Of a stretch of 64,000 bases of DNA, positions 1 to 9,595 are shown piece by piece (within the stretch, counting starts at the first letter, position 1; each line of letters opens with the position of its first letter). The stretch spans positions 40,623 through 104,622 of the forward strand of contig JADFHF010000004.1 in the NCBI GenBank assembly GCA_022567305.1, given 5' to 3'. The translations under genes and the position numbers were made by a program. The notes beneath the pieces are model-generated. The model saw only the letters and a list, made by a program, of their open reading frames with translations. It searched no databases and had not been told where the DNA came from. Source of the stretch: Bacteroidota bacterium (GTDB lineage: Bacteria > Bacteroidota > Rhodothermia > Rhodothermales > UBA10348).

Positions 1-1154
1 CCAGCCAGGCCAAACATAAAGAAGACCATGCTCCAGGCGAGGAGCGGTTTCTTATATCCGATTCCCGATAGCGAGTCGAGCGACTGTTCACTTCCTTGGG
101 TGCCGTCCCATTCGAGCAGCGCAATCACGCCGAAAGCGCCAATGTTCATGACCGTGTAAACCAGCAGGTAGAAGAGAGCCCCGGAGTATCCTTCCGGGCT
201 TCCTGCCGCCAGGCCAACGAGTATATATCCGGCATGGGCGATCGACGAATACGCCAACATGCGCTTCACATTCGTTTGCGCCAGGGCGATGACGTTTCCA
301 ATGACCATGGTGAGCAGCGCAATGACCGCGACCACGCCGATCCACTGCGTAGAGGGAAGCGCCAGGTACAGCACCAGAATCAGTGAGGCAAATGCCGCCG
401 ACTTCGAGGCTGTCGACATGTAGCCAACGAGGGGCGTAGGCGCGCCCTGATACACGTCTGGCGTCCACATATGAAACGGTACGGCGCTCACCTTGAACAG
501 GAAGCCTACCAGAAGCAAGCCAACGCCCGACCTGAACATCGTCTGATGGTCACCGACGGCGCTCTGCATTTCATGCAAATACATCGTTCCGGTAGCGCCA
601 TACATCAGGGCAATGCCATACAGTAAAAAACCGGTCGCAAAGGCTCCCAGCAGGAAGTATTTCAACGCGCTTTCTGTGGCGCCCTGATTGGTTCGAACGA
701 GTCCGGTAAGGATGTAGAGACAGATGGACATGGTCTCGAATCCGACGAAAATGGTGATCAGACTATTGGCTGTGCCAAGCACAATCATGCCCGTCGAAGC
801 GAACAAGATGAGGGCATACACTTCGCCAATATGGTGCCCGATGCTTTCCAGGTAGGGTCGAGCCAGAATGACGGTCAGCAATCCACTCCCGAAAATCAAC
901 GCATTCACGTAGGCGGCCATGCCGCCTACTCTGAGTAAGTCGTAATACGCGGTACCGGACGCCGCACCGATCCGCGTAATCTCCATGACCAGTCCAAACG
1001 CCAATGTAAGAGCGGCAATCCACGGAGTGGCAACATGATTTCTCCGGAAAGCATCCAGAACGACGATGACGAGTCCCATGACCATCGTCAGAACGAGAGG
1101 CGCGCTGACTATGATATCGGCCCCGAGCGATGAGAAGGATTGCGTTAAATCCAT
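1..1154 (-). CDS. nuoN: NADH-quinone oxidoreductase subunit N (Nqo14), N-terminal ~384 codons; the C-terminus runs off the left window edge
   Basis: Absent from the ORF track because no stop codon lies inside the window. Hand translation from the ATG at 1154-1152 gives MDLTQSFSSLGADIIVSAPLVL... The frame stays open to position 3 (...IGYKKPLLAWSMVFFMFGLA). It contains PFHMWTPDVYQGAPTPLVGY, typical of antiporter-like complex I subunits. It lies downstream of nuoM-nhaD-pcd on the same strand. Confidence 0.85.
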   Translation of the reverse strand, partial: MDLTQSFSSLGADIIVSAPLVLTMVMGLVIVVLDAFRRNHVATPWIAALTLAFGLVMEITRIGAASGTAYYDLLRVGGMAAYVNALIFGSGLLTVILARPYLESIGHHIGEVYALILFASTGMIVLGTANSLITIFVGFETMSICLYILTGLVRTNQGATESALKYFLLGAFATGFLLYGIALMYGATGTMYLHEMQSAVGDHQTMFRSGVGLLLVGFLFKVSAVPFHMWTPDVYQGAPTPLVGYMSTASKSAAFASLILVLYLALPSTQWIGVVAVIALLTMVIGNVIALAQTNVKRMLAYSSIAHAGYILVGLAAGSPEGYSGALFYLLVYTVMNIGAFGVIALLEWDGTQGSEQSLDSLSGIGYKKPLLAWSMVFFMFGLA

Positions 1155-1186
1155 GAAGTGAAGGATCGGTAATGCGATACGATGAA

Positions 1187-1483
1187 TTACGTCCAGGAGA
1201 AGCTTTCGATGGCGCGTGCGAGTTCGAGATCTGTCTCGGTTACCCGATTTCCCGCGTCATGTGTGGTTAGCGTAATGTCGACCCGGTTATAGACGTTCTT
1301 GAGTTCCGGATGATGGTCAAGCGATTCCGCCTCGAATGACACGCGAACAATGAAGCTGATGGCCTCCTTGAACGATGAGAATTGGAATCGTTTTTGGATC
1401 GCTTCCGCTTCCCAGGTCCACCCCGGGAGGTCGGCGAGGGCGAGTTCGATTTCTTCTGTATTAAGTGGTGCGCGTTTAGGCAT
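1187..1483 (-). CDS. phhB: pterin-4-alpha-carbinolamine dehydratase (PCD/DCoH family)
   Basis: 98-aa ORF with the PCD core ...ESLDHHPELKNVYNRVDITLTTHD... A 5-nt gap separates it from the upstream antiporter gene, and it sits between nhaD and nuoN. Confidence 0.85.
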   Translation of the reverse strand: MPKRAPLNTEEIELALADLPGWTWEAEAIQKRFQFSSFKEAISFIVRVSFEAESLDHHPELKNVYNRVDITLTTHDAGNRVTETDLELARAIESFSWT

Positions 1484-1488
1484 ATCGG

Positions 1489-3057
1489 TTAAAAAATCCA
1501 GCCGCTGAAAAAGACGACGTAGACAATAAGGTAAATGGGTAGTAGGATCGGGATCGAATACTTGAATATGTATCCCATAAACGACGGTGTTTCGACTCCG
1601 TTTGCTTCAGCGATCGCTTTTACCATGAAATTCGGAGCATTTCCGATGTAGGAGAGCGCGCCGAAGAAGACGGCTGCCACGGAGATGGCCTGGAGAACAA
1701 CTGCCGAACTGGATCCTCCCTGGACAACCCCTTCGGCAAACTTGACAACATCCGCAGGATCATTCACATCCATGCTGAATTTGCCCATAGCCGCAGCCAT
1801 GAAATTGAGGTAGGTCGGCGCGTTGTCCAAGATTCCGGAGAGCACACCCGTTCCCCAGTAAAACATTCCAACCGTCAGGGATTCGGAATTTTGTTGGGCA
1901 AAGTTTGCGATGAGCTGCAGTGCCGGTTGCATGGTCGCGAAAATCCCCAGAAAGAGCCAGCCGACTTCACGAATGGGTTCAAAATTGAATTCGTTTTTCT
2001 CGAGAGCCTCTTTGTCTGCCGTTACGAAAGCCAGGCCGGCGACGGCGAACATGATGATTTCTCGGATTCCAAACGGAATGCCGTAGATCTCGCTGAGATT
2101 CGGAACCCACTTGAATACATTGGGATCAATAAAGACGGAAGCAACAATAATCGCGACCCAAATGAAATTTTTCGTGCCCAGAATACTGATGATCGGCTCG
2201 CTGGGATTCACTTCTCTACCCGGCTCCGTATTTCTTTTGTCGAAGACGTAGAAGACGGCGAGTATCATGAAGGTCGTCGGGAGCCATATGTACCAGACAT
2301 TGGCCAGCGTCCAGAAGAAAGGAACACCCCGTAAGAAGCCAAGAAACAGGGGGGGGTCTCCGATGGGAGTGAGGGCTCCGCCGACATTTGCGACCAGGAA
2401 AATAAAAAAAATGATATGGTAGGCCTTCAATCGACCCTGATTCAAACGCATAAACGAGCGAATGAAGAGCATGGCTGCGCCTGTCGTTGCAATAATATTT
2501 GCGACGACCGATGCGATGAGCAGAAGGATAATATTGTTGCGCGGAGATCCTTTCAGGTTCATGGACAGGAAAATTCCGCTGGCGGCAACGAAGAGTGAAG
2601 CGACCAGGGCAATGAACGAAAGGTATTCGCTCACTGCATGCTCAATCGGGACAATGGTATCGAGCACAAAGATGTAATACGCACCTACGAAAAGTCCCAG
2701 GCCGATTGCGTATTTCGGATAGTGGCGATGCCAGTGATGAGGATAAAACAATGGCCCCGTCGCGATCATTAGCAGAATGGTAACGAAGGGCAGCACCAGC
2801 CAGAGTGGGGGAAGCGGTCCGTGTTCGTCATGACTTTCCGCTCCTTCCGCGTGATCTGCAATCTCGTCCTGATTATCCGCGCCTTCCGTGTGATCTGCAA
2901 CCTCGTCCTGATGATTCGCATCTTGACCTTCGGCTGATACCTGCTCCGCCCGGTCAGTTGGAGTCTGCTCTTGTGCGAATACAGGTCGAACCAGTTCTAC
3001 CGCAGCGATTAGAAAAATCGCGCTAACCCTGAGCCATATTAGAGAAGCTGCCTTCAT
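1489..3057 (-). CDS. nhaD: NhaD/ArsB-superfamily Na+/H+ antiporter-like membrane protein with an acidic, His-rich N-terminal segment
   Basis: 522-aa ORF. It has a signal-peptide-like N-terminus and a DE/H-rich repeat, followed by many hydrophobic helices. Its embedding between nuoM and pcd matches the R. marinus nqoB operon as I recall it. Confidence 0.7.
   Translation of the reverse strand: MKAASLIWLRVSAIFLIAAVELVRPVFAQEQTPTDRAEQVSAEGQDANHQDEVADHTEGADNQDEIADHAEGAESHDEHGPLPPLWLVLPFVTILLMIATGPLFYPHHWHRHYPKYAIGLGLFVGAYYIFVLDTIVPIEHAVSEYLSFIALVASLFVAASGIFLSMNLKGSPRNNIILLLIASVVANIIATTGAAMLFIRSFMRLNQGRLKAYHIIFFIFLVANVGGALTPIGDPPLFLGFLRGVPFFWTLANVWYIWLPTTFMILAVFYVFDKRNTEPGREVNPSEPIISILGTKNFIWVAIIVASVFIDPNVFKWVPNLSEIYGIPFGIREIIMFAVAGLAFVTADKEALEKNEFNFEPIREVGWLFLGIFATMQPALQLIANFAQQNSESLTVGMFYWGTGVLSGILDNAPTYLNFMAAAMGKFSMDVNDPADVVKFAEGVVQGGSSSAVVLQAISVAAVFFGALSYIGNAPNFMVKAIAEANGVETPSFMGYIFKYSIPILLPIYLIVYVVFFSGWIF
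2851..2928. repeat. tandem 39-bp (13-codon) repeat, about 2 copies, inside nhaD
   Basis: gtgatctgcaatctcgtcctgattatccgcgccttccgt (2851-2889) is followed by gtgatctgcaacctcgtcctgatgattcgc... On the minus strand it encodes DEVADHTEGADNQ / DEIADHAEGAESH. Confidence 0.75.
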
Positions 3058-3078
3058 GCAAAGGGGTTCTGACCTCAG

Positions 3079-4749
3079 TTATTTGAGTCCGAAGCTCGAT
3101 TCGGTTTCCTCCGCTGACGCTCCGGTAATCTTCCTCGCGGCTTTTAAAGCCGCTTCGTCGATTTCGGGAACGCGGAATTCCGGCGTGTCTGCATATCGAT
3201 ACTCGAACTCTAGAGACGATTCGGATTCTGCCGCGGCTCTCTTCGATTCAATCAATTCCAGGAGATCGCGGACGGCAGGTTCGCTTTTCTCGAGAAATGG
3301 ATTCGGGGCGACCCCAAGTATAATCATCAGGAGTACCAGAGGCACCAACAGTCCTATTTCCCTGCCATTCAGATCAGCCATTGAGGCATTTTCCTCGTTC
3401 TCGAGGCTACCCCAAAAAATCCGATAGACCATCCAGAGGAGGTATACGGCGGCCAAAATGACACCCGTCGTCGCAAGCGCGACCAGCATGGGACTGCCCA
3501 ATACGGATGATTTGAAAGCCCCGATGAGGATCAAAAATTCGCCTACGAACCCGTTCAACCCCGGAAGTCCCGCCGAAGCCAGGACGGCAAAGATCATAAA
3601 AAAAGAGAGTATCGGTACCGATTTCGCGATGCCACCGTAGTCTTTCATGAGTCGCGTGTGGCGTCGTTCGTACATCATTCCAACGATCAGAAACAAGGCG
3701 CCCGTTGAGATGCCGTGATTGACCATTTGGATGAGGGCCCCCTGCATGGCTTCTACGTTGAACGCAAATATTCCCAATACAACGAATCCAAGGTGACTGA
3801 CGGATGAGTAGGCAACTAGCTTTTTGACGTCGGTTTGTGCACGGCACACCAGGGCGGCATATAGAATTCCGATGACGGCCAAAACAGCAAACATCATCGC
3901 GTATTTCTGCGACGCGACGGGGAAAAGGGGAAGGCAGAATCGCACGAGACCGTAAGTACCCATTTTCAGTAACACGCCCGCCAGAATAACACTTCCGCCG
4001 GTGGGTGCCTGCACGTGTGCGTCCGGGAGCCACGTATGCAGAGGAAACAGTGGGATCTTAATGGCAAACGCCAGAGCGAACAGCAGGAATAACCACCCCT
4101 GAGAACTCACTGGAATGTTGTAGGATACGAGTTTGTACCAGTCTGTGGTGAACACACCGCCATTAATGGCATCGCCGGCCATGAACCCCAAGGCGAGAAG
4201 GGCAACCAGCATGAGAAGCGAACCGACCAGCGTGTAAATGATAAACTTGAAAGCGGCATAGATTCGATTTTCTCCGCCCCAAATGCCAATGATGAAGTAC
4301 ATAGGGATGAGCGTGAGCTCAAAGAACACGTAAAAAAGAAATAGATCGTAGGAAGTAAAGACACCCGTCACACCCGTTTGTAATACCAGGAGGAGCGTGT
4401 AATAGGCTTTTTGGTGCTCCTTGATGGACGTCCATGAGGAAAGAATGACGATAGGTCCGAGAAGAGTCGTCAGCAGAACGAGAAGCAGGTTCAGACCATC
4501 AATTCCAACGAAATATTTAATGTCGAAGGCGACGGGAAACCACAATGCAACGTCCCCCATCTGGGGGCTCGAAGCGGTTGAGATACCGGGGTCGAAGCCA
4601 ACGTATAGACCCAGGGAGGCCAGAAATGTCACGGACGTGACAACGAGCGCAACCCACTTCACCTGCTCGGTCCGACGCGCGAGAATAGTCAGAATCGCAC
4701 CCACCATAGGCAGAAAGATGACGATCGATGTCAGGTGAGGAATGTTCAT
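3079..4749 (-). CDS. nuoM: NADH-quinone oxidoreductase subunit M (Nqo13) with a hydrophilic C-terminal tail
   Basis: 556 aa and polytopic, with HTWLPDAHVQAPTGGSVILAGVLLKMGTYG (antiporter-like subunit motif). The last ~75 aa are charged and non-membrane. Confidence 0.9.
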   Translation of the reverse strand: MNIPHLTSIVIFLPMVGAILTILARRTEQVKWVALVVTSVTFLASLGLYVGFDPGISTASSPQMGDVALWFPVAFDIKYFVGIDGLNLLLVLLTTLLGPIVILSSWTSIKEHQKAYYTLLLVLQTGVTGVFTSYDLFLFYVFFELTLIPMYFIIGIWGGENRIYAAFKFIIYTLVGSLLMLVALLALGFMAGDAINGGVFTTDWYKLVSYNIPVSSQGWLFLLFALAFAIKIPLFPLHTWLPDAHVQAPTGGSVILAGVLLKMGTYGLVRFCLPLFPVASQKYAMMFAVLAVIGILYAALVCRAQTDVKKLVAYSSVSHLGFVVLGIFAFNVEAMQGALIQMVNHGISTGALFLIVGMMYERRHTRLMKDYGGIAKSVPILSFFMIFAVLASAGLPGLNGFVGEFLILIGAFKSSVLGSPMLVALATTGVILAAVYLLWMVYRIFWGSLENEENASMADLNGREIGLLVPLVLLMIILGVAPNPFLEKSEPAVRDLLELIESKRAAAESESSLEFEYRYADTPEFRVPEIDEAALKAARKITGASAEETESSFGLK

Positions 4750-4798
4750 GTGTACGTTAAAAAATATCTGTGGCTTTTCGAGTAGTGGGTTAACTGAA

Positions 4799-6796
4799 TT
4801 ATCCGAACATCATCATCGCAAGTACGAGTATGACACCGATGACAATGGCCATGGCATAGATCTGTACGACCCCAGTCTGGATGTATTTCAACACGAAACT
4901 CAGACCACGAGTGATGAAGGCCACGGCGTTCACGAGACCGTCCACCACGTATGTGTCGAATGGTGCCAACCCTTTCTCGGCGCCCACGATGAGCGGCTTG
5001 ACGATGACTTTTTCATAGGCCTCATCCACGAAGTACTTGCCTTCGGCCGCTCGGTATAACCGACCGAATCGAGAGCGAAGCCTGTCGTCAAACGCAGGTC
5101 CGTGTTTCGAATACCAGTACCAACCCAGCGCGACACCCGCAATGGCAATAGCCGCTCCCAGTGCGAGCAGAATCCACTCAGTTGAAAGCGCGACGTGTGC
5201 CTCTCCGTGTACTTCCGCCAGCGGGCCCCCGAACGACTCTCCGAGATAATGATGGATCAGATTCCAATCCCCGTGCGCGAAAACACCCGGCAATCCGATG
5301 TAACCGCCCACAATGGAAAGAATTGCGAGGACCCAAAGTGGAAGTGTCATGGTCCAGGGCGACTCGTGTGGCTGAATGGTATCTGCCTTTGGCCAGCGAG
5401 GCTCGCCTTCAAAAGTCAGTACATAAGCCCGGATCATATAGACCGCCGTCAGGAATGCCGTGACCATTCCGACAATCCACACGAGCATGCCGTAGTCGTT
5501 CGTTGACGCCGATTCGAACGCTCTGAAAAGGATTTCATCTTTCGAGAAAAAGCCCGAAAGCAGAGGAATTCCTGCGATAGCCAGCGTTGCGATCAGAAAC
5601 GTAATGCGCGTTGAAGGCATGAATTTTTTCAGCCCGCCCATGGTCCGCATGTCCTGGGGGTCAAATTTGCCGGTATGGCCTTCGGGTTCCAGTTTCTGCG
5701 AAAGTTGATGCTCTACGTCGTGCATGGCGTGAATGACACTTCCCGAGCCCAAGAAGAGGCAGCCCTTGAAAAACGCATGCATCACCACATGGAAGATGGC
5801 CACGAAAAAGGCTCCGACCCCGGTGGCCAAAAACATGAATCCCAGTTGTGAGACGGTCGAATAGGCAAGGACCTTTTTAATGTCATTTTGCGTGATCGCA
5901 ATCGTTGCCGCCATAATCGCCGTTAACGCGCCGATGATGGCGATGAAGGCCATGATGCCTTCGGCGGCAAGAACAAGCGGCGAAAATCGTGCGAGCAGAT
6001 AAAGACCACTCGTAACCATTGTGGCCGCATGAATGAGCGCCGATACGGGTGTGGGACCTGCCATGGCGTCGGGCAGCCATGTAAAAAGTGGAATCTGCGC
6101 GCTCTTTCCGGTAGCGCCCATAAAGAGAAGAAAGACCGTCAGGTACAGAACGCCTTCGTCCAATGACGGACCCTGAACGAGCAGGACATCAAAGTCCAGG
6201 CTTCCGAGCTCCCGAAAAAGTAGAAACATGGCGAGAAGGAAGCAGAAGTCTCCTACCCGATTCATGATGAACGCCTTGTTTGCAGCGGCGCTGTTCTTCA
6301 GATCCGTGTACCAAAATCCGATGAGCAGATACGAGCACAGGCCCACTCCTTCCCAACCCAGAAAGAGTACGACAAGATTGTCGCCCAGTACCAGGTTGAG
6401 CATGGCGAAAATGAACAGATTCAGGTAGGCGAAAAATCGCCAATATCCGGGGTCTCCGTGCATATACCCGATCGAATAGAGGTGGATAAGTCCACCCACG
6501 CCTGTTACCACGAGCGTCATGACCAAGGAAAGCTGATCAACTCGATAGGCGAATGCGACGCTCAGGTCACCCGCCGCCATCCAGGTGTAGAATTCTACGA
6601 CAATCGCACCGCCGTCAAAATTCAGAAAAAGGTAGAGGACCGCGAGAAACGGCACGATTACCATGGCCGTACCCACGACGCCGATCAGCCCTTCACGCTG
6701 GCGAAGTGCCGGTACAAAAAGACCCACGAGTCCGCAGAACAGCGCCCCCGCGAGCGGGAGAAGTAGAATGACAGGTATGAGCGTGCTTGCATTCAT
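4799..6796 (-). CDS. nuoL: NADH-quinone oxidoreductase subunit L (Nqo12)
   Basis: 665 aa, with FTWLPDAMAGPTPVSALIHAATMVTSG and a long C-terminal region as in NuoL. Confidence 0.9.
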   Translation of the reverse strand: MNASTLIPVILLLPLAGALFCGLVGLFVPALRQREGLIGVVGTAMVIVPFLAVLYLFLNFDGGAIVVEFYTWMAAGDLSVAFAYRVDQLSLVMTLVVTGVGGLIHLYSIGYMHGDPGYWRFFAYLNLFIFAMLNLVLGDNLVVLFLGWEGVGLCSYLLIGFWYTDLKNSAAANKAFIMNRVGDFCFLLAMFLLFRELGSLDFDVLLVQGPSLDEGVLYLTVFLLFMGATGKSAQIPLFTWLPDAMAGPTPVSALIHAATMVTSGLYLLARFSPLVLAAEGIMAFIAIIGALTAIMAATIAITQNDIKKVLAYSTVSQLGFMFLATGVGAFFVAIFHVVMHAFFKGCLFLGSGSVIHAMHDVEHQLSQKLEPEGHTGKFDPQDMRTMGGLKKFMPSTRITFLIATLAIAGIPLLSGFFSKDEILFRAFESASTNDYGMLVWIVGMVTAFLTAVYMIRAYVLTFEGEPRWPKADTIQPHESPWTMTLPLWVLAILSIVGGYIGLPGVFAHGDWNLIHHYLGESFGGPLAEVHGEAHVALSTEWILLALGAAIAIAGVALGWYWYSKHGPAFDDRLRSRFGRLYRAAEGKYFVDEAYEKVIVKPLIVGAEKGLAPFDTYVVDGLVNAVAFITRGLSFVLKYIQTGVVQIYAMAIVIGVILVLAMMMFG

Positions 6797-6894
6797 GGAT
6801 TCGGAAACAGACCAGGTTGGTTATGGTCGCAAGCGAAGTGCGTCTCGACGCGGGCGAAGAGCCTTTCGAGGGGAGCAAAGAGTTTCTCGACGCA

Positions 6895-7200
6895 TCAGTA
6901 TTTAAAGAGATTGATTTCGGTAACGTCAACGGTCTGCTGATTCCGGAAAATGGCGATAATGATCGCGAGTCCGACTGCGGCCTCAGCGGCCGCCACCGAG
7001 ATCACGAAAAAGACGAGTATCTGCCCGGTTGTATCACCCATGTGTTGAGCCAGGGCCACCAGCGTCAGGTTAACCGCGTTGAGCATGAGCTCGACCGACA
7101 TAAAGATGACAATCACATTTCGTCGGAATAGAACACCCAGCACACCAATCACAAAGAGGATTGCACTGAGCATCAGATACCAGTTCAGAGTGACTTCCAT
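6895..7200 (-). CDS. nuoK: NADH-quinone oxidoreductase subunit K (Nqo11)
   Basis: 101 aa with three hydrophobic helices, including ...[16 protein letters not shown]... It lies between nuoJ and nuoL. Confidence 0.9.
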   Translation of the reverse strand: MEVTLNWYLMLSAILFVIGVLGVLFRRNVIVIFMSVELMLNAVNLTLVALAQHMGDTTGQILVFFVISVAAAEAAVGLAIIIAIFRNQQTVDVTEINLFKY

Positions 7201-7230
7201 TCGGGCTGCAGCCTCGGTTTACGGATGGAT

Positions 7231-7740
7231 CTAGACGGGCTTTCTCTTGGCGAGCATCACGGCTCCAATCGTTGCCGCCAACAACAGAATACCGATGACC
7301 TCAAGAGGCAATGCGTACTGTGTGAAGAGTACTTCTCCCAGCGACGTGGCAGATCCAACTTCGGCGGCCCTTCGTGCCGAGATTTCGTTCGGAAGGATAT
7401 CCAGGCTGGAGGCTACGACGAAGCTTAAAAGACCCAGAACGCCCATTCCAAGTGTGAATCCGAACACTTTCTTCCACTCGATATCCTTGATTTCGGGCAG
7501 AACGTCTAGATTCAGCAGCATGATCACGAACAGGAACAACACCATGATGGCGCCGGCATAAACGAGTATCTGAACGACGGCGATAAACTCCGCGTTCAAG
7601 GTCAAGTAAAGACCTGCGATGCAGAACAAATTCAGTACGAGCCAGAGTGCGCTACCGACTGGATTTCTTGAAAGAAGCATCCCAAGTCCTGCTGCGATTG
7701 CAACCGTCGCGAGCAAGAAGAACAAAATCTGAGCAGCCAT
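7231..7740 (-). CDS. nuoJ: NADH-quinone oxidoreductase subunit J (Nqo10)
   Basis: 169 aa and TM-rich. It is the first gene of the J-K-L-M...N block and has ~420 nt of non-coding DNA upstream. Confidence 0.85.
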   Translation of the reverse strand: MAAQILFFLLATVAIAAGLGMLLSRNPVGSALWLVLNLFCIAGLYLTLNAEFIAVVQILVYAGAIMVLFLFVIMLLNLDVLPEIKDIEWKKVFGFTLGMGVLGLLSFVVASSLDILPNEISARRAAEVGSATSLGEVLFTQYALPLEVIGILLLAATIGAVMLAKRKPV

Positions 7741-8161
7741 TCAAATGAAGGGTGGGCTTTCGCTCGCGGCGCACAAGATGAGCGCCGTTCTCTCGATAAT
7801 CGGCGCGCAAATTAGCCACTGGCCATTCACGCAGCAAGAAAAGATCCGGTAAAGACAGCCCCGTACTTTGAACCGAAACGGCCCGTGGAAATTTTCATTC
7901 CTTCCCGGGATCATCTATTTTCTATGAACTTGTGACCCCGTAAAAGATCGCGTTTTCATGAGCGTGACTGAGATCATCTTAGGACCCGCCGAACGAACGC
8001 TCTAGACGTTCAACCACGATAGCATTTCTCACGCGCGGGTGGGATTTCCGGTAATCGTATTGTCCAGGAGAATTTGTCGTCAGGCGTAACTCGATTCTCC
8101 ATCCAGACCTCTCCAGAAGAACAATCAACGAGCAGGAAACCCACCGAAAAACACGGTTAAC

Positions 8162-9586
8162 ATGCCTTCCAATCATCAATCACAGGACCCTTCTTCTCTT
8201 TTCAGCGGACTCTATTCCGATATCCGGGATTCGCTGAAAGGAAAAGCGCGGGACTACACCTCCGGCAGCATTCCACGCGCAATTATTGTGCTGTCCGTAC
8301 CCATGGTCCTCGAGATGTTTATGCAATCCATCTTCGAGGTGGTGGACATCTTCTTCGTCGGAAAACTGGGCGCGGATGCGGTGGCGGCCGTAGGTCTTAC
8401 GGCTTCACTCATCATTCTGATTTTTGCAGTCGGCCTCGGCATCGCGATGGCTGCCGGAGCCATGGTAGCCCGAAGAATCGGCGAGAATGATTTCGAGGGT
8501 GCGGCGAAAGCGACAGGCCAAGCGTTTTGGGCGAGTGTAGTCAGTGCAATTCCGGTAGGAATAATCGCCATTCTTGTAGCAGACGATCTGCTCAGCCTGA
8601 TGGGAGCAAGCTCTACCGTCATTGACGTGGGTTCGGGATATACAGCCATCCTCTTGGGCGGCAACGTCACGATCATCCTGCTCTTCCTCTTCAATGCTAT
8701 TTTCCGTGCGGCAGGGGATCCCGGTGTGGCCATGAGGGCGCTCTGGCTCGCCAACATTCTGAACATCATCCTGGATCCACTATTTATTTTTGGGATCGGA
8801 CCGTTTCCGGAGATGGGCGTGACGGGCGCAGCCGTGGCATCGACACTCGGTCGTGGGATTGGCGTTGCGTATCAAATCTGGGTTCTTTTCAAAGGCTCGT
8901 CGCGTGTGCATATACGAAGAGAACACATGCGGCTGGATCTGGATATTCTGAAACGCTTGCTCAGGATATCCGGCCCGGGCATGCTTCAGTACTTGGTCGG
9001 AACGGCTTCCTGGATGGCCATCATGCGTCTGATGTCTGAGTTCGGTAGCGCTTCGTTAGCCGGATATACGATCGCCATCCGCGTGGTCATTTTTGCTCTG
9101 CTACCTTCCTGGGGGATCAGCAATGCAGCGGCAACGATGGTCGGACAAAACCTGGGCGCACAGAAGCCGGAACGCGGTGAACGTGCGGTCTGGATATGTA
9201 CTGTTCTAGACGCATTTTTTCTGGGCATCCTGGGCGCGGTATTTTGGTTCGCTGCTCATCCTATTCTGGCCGTCTTCTCAGCAGATCCAGAGGTGGTCCG
9301 AGTGGGGGTTCGATGTTTGCGAATATTGGCGCTCTTTTTTCCGATCTGGGCGGTTGGGATGGTGACGGTCCAGGCGTTCAACGGTGCGGGAGACACAAAA
9401 ACCCCGACCTGGATCAATCTTTTTGCGTACTGGATCCTGCAGATCCCTTTAGCATGGGCGTTTGCGTGGCCTTTGGGAATGGGGGAGGAAGGTATATTCT
9501 GGGCAATTGCCGCGGCCCAGTTGGCACTTGCCATTATTGCAGCCATTGCGTTTCGTAGAGGGAGGTGGAAGACGGTTGTCGTGTAG
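8162..9586 (+). CDS. MATE family efflux transporter
   Basis: 474 aa with about 12 hydrophobic segments and NorM/DinF-like sequence character. Confidence 0.8.
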   Translation: MPSNHQSQDPSSLFSGLYSDIRDSLKGKARDYTSGSIPRAIIVLSVPMVLEMFMQSIFEVVDIFFVGKLGADAVAAVGLTASLIILIFAVGLGIAMAAGAMVARRIGENDFEGAAKATGQAFWASVVSAIPVGIIAILVADDLLSLMGASSTVIDVGSGYTAILLGGNVTIILLFLFNAIFRAAGDPGVAMRALWLANILNIILDPLFIFGIGPFPEMGVTGAAVASTLGRGIGVAYQIWVLFKGSSRVHIRREHMRLDLDILKRLLRISGPGMLQYLVGTASWMAIMRLMSEFGSASLAGYTIAIRVVIFALLPSWGISNAAATMVGQNLGAQKPERGERAVWICTVLDAFFLGILGAVFWFAAHPILAVFSADPEVVRVGVRCLRILALFFPIWAVGMVTVQAFNGAGDTKTPTWINLFAYWILQIPLAWAFAWPLGMGEEGIFWAIAAAQLALAIIAAIAFRRGRWKTVVV

Positions 9587-9595
9587 CAGGTTCGT

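Noticed and set aside
3407-4033. 208-aa minus-strand ORF in another frame of nuoM, and similar shadow ORFs (8254-8769, 13742-14311, 45796-46353, 56019-56552, 42093-42563, 16472-16867)
   Set aside because: All lie inside or antisense to longer ORFs with clear family signatures. All have the biased Arg/Ser/Pro composition of off-frame translation.
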